Positions 60,328 to 64,000 of a stretch of 64,000 bases of DNA are shown here, one piece after another. Source of the stretch: Penicillus capitatus. Lineage: Eukaryota; Plantae; Chlorophyta. The translations under genes were made by a program, and so were the position numbers. Under the pieces are notes generated by a model. The model worked only from the letters and a program-made list of their open reading frames with translations, was not told where the DNA came from and did no database searches. Each line of letters begins with the position of its first letter. Position 1 is the first letter of the stretch. The stretch spans positions 2,218,351 to 2,282,350 of the forward strand of contig OZ287697.1 of assembly GCA_965649825.1 (NCBI GenBank), written 5' to 3'.

Positions 60328-62232
60328 ATGGAGTACAAGGACTACTCTCTGCCAGAGTTTCCCCTGAATGTCATTGCCGAGGTGAATCAGACACAACTCG
60401 ATGTCAAGGACGATCCCATGGACATCGATGACTCCGCCTTGCGCGCAGACCCAGGCGTCGCCAATGAGGATAATGTCACAACGACGACGAATTCAGCTGT
60501 CGCCTATAAATCTACGCTCAGTGCTTGTCTGGATTTCTTTTACCAGGTGAACGACACAGCGTCGCTCGATAAGATGAACGAATTGATTGAGGCTTCTTGG
60601 AAAGAAGATGCCAATGTCACGCTGCGTCTCATTTTTCAGTTAAGAGACATACGAAAGGGAAAGGGCGTGTACAGACCCTTCCTTTACTGTCTCTCGTGGC
60701 TGAGGCACAACCATTTTCAGACACTGCTCTGCAACTTGGAGCACGTCGCAGAGGTCGGCTACTGGAAAGATCTGCTCGACCTCTTGGTCCTCGAGGTCAT
60801 GAGCGGAAAAAGTTATGAAGGATATTGCCAGGCTGAACAGAGACGGGCCATATCTGTCCGGAAGTGGACAGAGAAGAAGAAAATCACAGAACTGAACCTG
60901 GACAATCCCAAGCCCAAGCCCAAGCCAAATGTGAAGATTTGTCAGATTGCCAAAGATGGCAAAATTGACAGAGAGAAAGCAGCAAAGGCAGCAAGAGATA
61001 TGTTTGTGACTGACGAAAAGTATCGAATGCTTCATGTTCGGGTGGCATCGTTGTTTGCTGAATCATTGAAAAAGGACTTGACGGCCATGAAGGAAGAAAA
61101 AGGAGTGTCTTTGGCATCGAAATGGGCACCGACAGCTGTCAAACATCACGACAAGTACACGTTGATTGTGTCCTCAATCAGCCAGCTACTGTTTCCGCAT
61201 CACACTTTGCAGAAAGAAGGCCGCAGTTACGCACAGTATGTCTCTATTGCGAGAGATTTATATCGAAAGGTCTATTTGACGCCATTACGGCAGTACTCGA
61301 AGATTGCTGAGAGATACATGTCAGAAAACCGTTGGAACGAGATTCCTTTTGAAAGAGTGCCTTCCAAATGCATGAAGAGAAACAAAAGATTGTTTACGGA
61401 AAAAGACAAAGAGAGATTCGAAAAGTATTTGGAAGATGTGCAATCGGGAAAGAAAACGATCAAGTCATCTGCCATGTTCCCACATGAAATGGTAGCAGAA
61501 GTGATGGACAAGGACACAAGCACAATGGAAGAGGCTGTCCTCAAGACGATCCAGCTTCAATGGGAAGCTTATGTAAACAAGCTGAGAGAATCTGGATCGC
61601 TGAGCAGTTGCATGGCTATCTGTGATGTTTCAGGCAGCATGTACGGTATCCCCATGGAGGTCGCCATTGCACTGTCATTGCTTGTGGCAGATTTGGCCGA
61701 AGAACCCTTCAAAGGACTCGTTTGCACTTTTAGCGACGTGCCGGAACTCTTTGTTGTCCCAGATGGGCCACTCGATGTCAAAGTGCAGGCCACCTTGGGA
61801 ATGAACGTGGGAATGAATACTAACGTTGATGCCGTGTTCGATCTCCTTCTGGAGCGCGCCGTACAGAACAAACTTCCCAAAGATGATATGATCAAACGTC
61901 TTTTTATCTTCTCCGATATGCAGTTCGACCAAGCATCCGTTGAAGGGAAGACAAATTTTGATGTTGCAAAAGAGAAGTTCGTGGCTGCTGGTTACGATCT
62001 TCCGCAGATTGTGTTTTGGAATCTGAGGGGTGGAGGTGCTGGTGATTGGATGTATCCGGGTCATCCAGATACTGCCCCTGTCGTGAAATTCGAAGAAGGA
62101 ACAGCATTGCTCTCTGGATACTCAGGACAGATGATGAAGCTCTTCCTGGAGAATGACATTGAGTCATTTAATCCGGTCGATGTTTTGATGGAGTCGATCA
62201 AATCGTACACGTACGTGAGAGTGGTTGACTAG
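60328..62232 (+). CDS. DUF2828/vWA (TROVE-like helical domain plus vWA) protein; intronless
   Basis: TNSAVAYKSTLSACLDFFY, TLRLIFQLRDIRKGKG, GYWKDLL, SLASKWAP, MIDAS-like CDVSGSM, FSDMQFD, IVFWNLR, SGYS. Confidence 0.85.
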   Translation: MEYKDYSLPEFPLNVIAEVNQTQLDVKDDPMDIDDSALRADPGVANEDNVTTTTNSAVAYKSTLSACLDFFYQVNDTASLDKMNELIEASWKEDANVTLRLIFQLRDIRKGKGVYRPFLYCLSWLRHNHFQTLLCNLEHVAEVGYWKDLLDLLVLEVMSGKSYEGYCQAEQRRAISVRKWTEKKKITELNLDNPKPKPKPNVKICQIAKDGKIDREKAAKAARDMFVTDEKYRMLHVRVASLFAESLKKDLTAMKEEKGVSLASKWAPTAVKHHDKYTLIVSSISQLLFPHHTLQKEGRSYAQYVSIARDLYRKVYLTPLRQYSKIAERYMSENRWNEIPFERVPSKCMKRNKRLFTEKDKERFEKYLEDVQSGKKTIKSSAMFPHEMVAEVMDKDTSTMEEAVLKTIQLQWEAYVNKLRESGSLSSCMAICDVSGSMYGIPMEVAIALSLLVADLAEEPFKGLVCTFSDVPELFVVPDGPLDVKVQATLGMNVGMNTNVDAVFDLLLERAVQNKLPKDDMIKRLFIFSDMQFDQASVEGKTNFDVAKEKFVAAGYDLPQIVFWNLRGGGAGDWMYPGHPDTAPVVKFEEGTALLSGYSGQMMKLFLENDIESFNPVDVLMESIKSYTYVRVVD

Positions 62233-62786
62233 ACCATTTGTTGTTCGACAGAAAGAGAATCGTCCCGCTGTTGAGTGTTTTTTCGCTTAGAGAAGTCTAC
62301 GAGGCCCCTCGTTCCTGAATTCGGCCATTTCTGAGCATGCTGACCACTCACGTCTGTTCACCAGATCAATGGAATGGAAAACAAAACTCATGTCTGTCAG
62401 TCATTCATGGACTAAATGGAAATCATGTCACATGGTTATCAGCTATAAAGACAGCACACAGAGAACAGCGTCGTTCCCGTGCTTACAATCAGAAGCAGTG
62501 GCATTAGGCGCAAACAAAATCTGATGAAACAATCAGGCATCTAGCTCTCAGTATCTGTCAGGAAACAGAGAGTCGGCAATTGACAGTTTGGCAAGAGCGG
62601 TGGTTTATGCCAGAAGATCCGTTGCTTGGTGTAAAGAATGTCATGTTTCAAACAATCGTGCATGCAACACTCTTCCTAACCAAGGATTCTTCTCGTGGGA
62701 GATAGATAGATAGATGGGCAGTATGGGCGAGGATGAGATTTCTTGTAGAGTGTGGATAGAGACAAGGAATACCGAGGACTGTGGCT

Positions 62787-64000
62787 TCACATGCTTGTCT
62801 CCATGTCACTTCTGTCCTGACGAGCCTTGTACTGATGCATTCCGGTGTAGAGCATTTGCATCTCATCCTTATGCGTGTCCAATCGAAACCTAAAGACAGA
62901 AATCGTCCACGAGATAGAGAATTGAGGTCAGCGATGGATCGTGCAACATCTCAGACCTTAATCTCAGGTTGGGTACATTTGTTCTCTGAATATCGTTTCC
63001 TTCTGGGCCATTGAGCCAAAAATACTCGGCGATCCAATGCTTCTTGCATTCATCCGGGAACCCCGAATGCAGTACACTATTTCTTGCAATCTCGCACAAA
63101 TCCGTCGAACTCAGTTTCCAAACCTATTTTCCATACTTCTGAGAAGAGTCGTCCCTTTCAGAATCTACAAACATACCTGAGCAGCGATACTGTACTCCTC
63201 GACAAGTGGCTCTCTTGTCAGATGTATTTGGAGTGGATCGTCTGTGGACAGGCTGACATTCAATCCCCTTGCAAAGAAAATAGGAAAGGGGTTCTTGTGG
63301 TAATCGAGGAACAGCGAATTGTTCGACAGCGGAGACATACAAATACCTGCGGCAACGACAGGTCTACCAAAAAGAGAGAATGACAACATACCGATCTGAG
63401 AAAGGTAATAGAGGTATTGGAGGGGCGGCACTCTACGCAGATTGATTCCGTGTGAGATGTTATCACACATCATGAAAGCACAGGCCAGCTACAGCGACAT
63501 GGCAACCCATTCAACAGAGAAATGCCAAACAGAATGGCTAACATGATCAGAGTCTCCTGCTTCACCACAGTGCGGACGGAATGCAAACGTGTTAAGACCT
63601 CTCAGTTCTCTGAATTTGTTCAGGATGTATAAATTCGCATAGATATAGAAGGCATAGTAAGCGTATGGTGGATTCTGATCTGTTTTCCAGTCTTTGGGAA
63701 ACGGCATGGCTGGTACAACTCTTCTTTCGCTTCGAGATTCATCGTCCACAGTGTCGAAACCGACGACCTCAACATGAATCCTGAGATGGCAGACGAATAG
63801 ACCAGCTGCATGGACGTACTTGTTTGAGAAACATATGCAGTTGAGGGTGGCTCGATGGATCATGAGTAACTTCAAACAACGGCTGAAAGATGTTGCGCAA
63901 CATATCCTCAAAGTTGCTCAACATGCCATTTGTTCGATAAACATTGTACAATCTGGAGACCAAAACGTCGTTTAGATGCAGGCAAGGTAACTTGATTATT
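62787..64000 (-). CDS. AMPD: AMP deaminase, 3' part (gene continues beyond the window end)
   Basis: [69 protein letters not shown]. Confidence 0.96.

Overview
This is a eukaryotic nuclear window, most consistent with a compact green-algal (chlorophyte) genome. Evidence: plastid ferredoxin, plant-type KCS, GSH2, HDA9-like and GH2 genes, many short (about 45-65 nt) GT-AG introns, the standard genetic code, and TGTAA just downstream of several stop codons. A siphonous ulvophyte (Bryopsidales-like) source is plausible but only inferred. About 33 protein-coding genes are packed very tightly, with divergent start codons as little as 30-85 bp apart and two convergent pairs whose coding ends overlap. 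Most are housekeeping genes: LeuRS, TyrRS, VPS33, NDUFA9, MIP, NAP1, V-ATPase c, HDAC, AMP deaminase, glutathione synthetase, AARE, HEATR6, REX4, GTPBP and ILP1. The most unusual items are: (1) a tandem pair of intronless, secreted, catalytically dead trypsin-fold proteins; (2) a Deg/HtrA protease with an N-terminal SAP/HeH-like module; (3) a small BC-box/BACK-like plus villin-headpiece protein; (4) a RING1/BMI1-like RING plus RAWUL-like gene that the ORF track misses and whose stop codon overlaps the Deg stop; (5) a protein with a tandemly duplicated 'GD(A/G)HY' module fused to a TFIIS-N domain; (6) a bacterial-type, apparently cytosolic GH20; (7) an intronless DUF2828/vWA protein. I recognised no rRNA, tRNA, CRISPR array or clear transposon. 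Gene boundaries were spliced by eye and are approximate, and all family assignments are from motif recognition without any database search.
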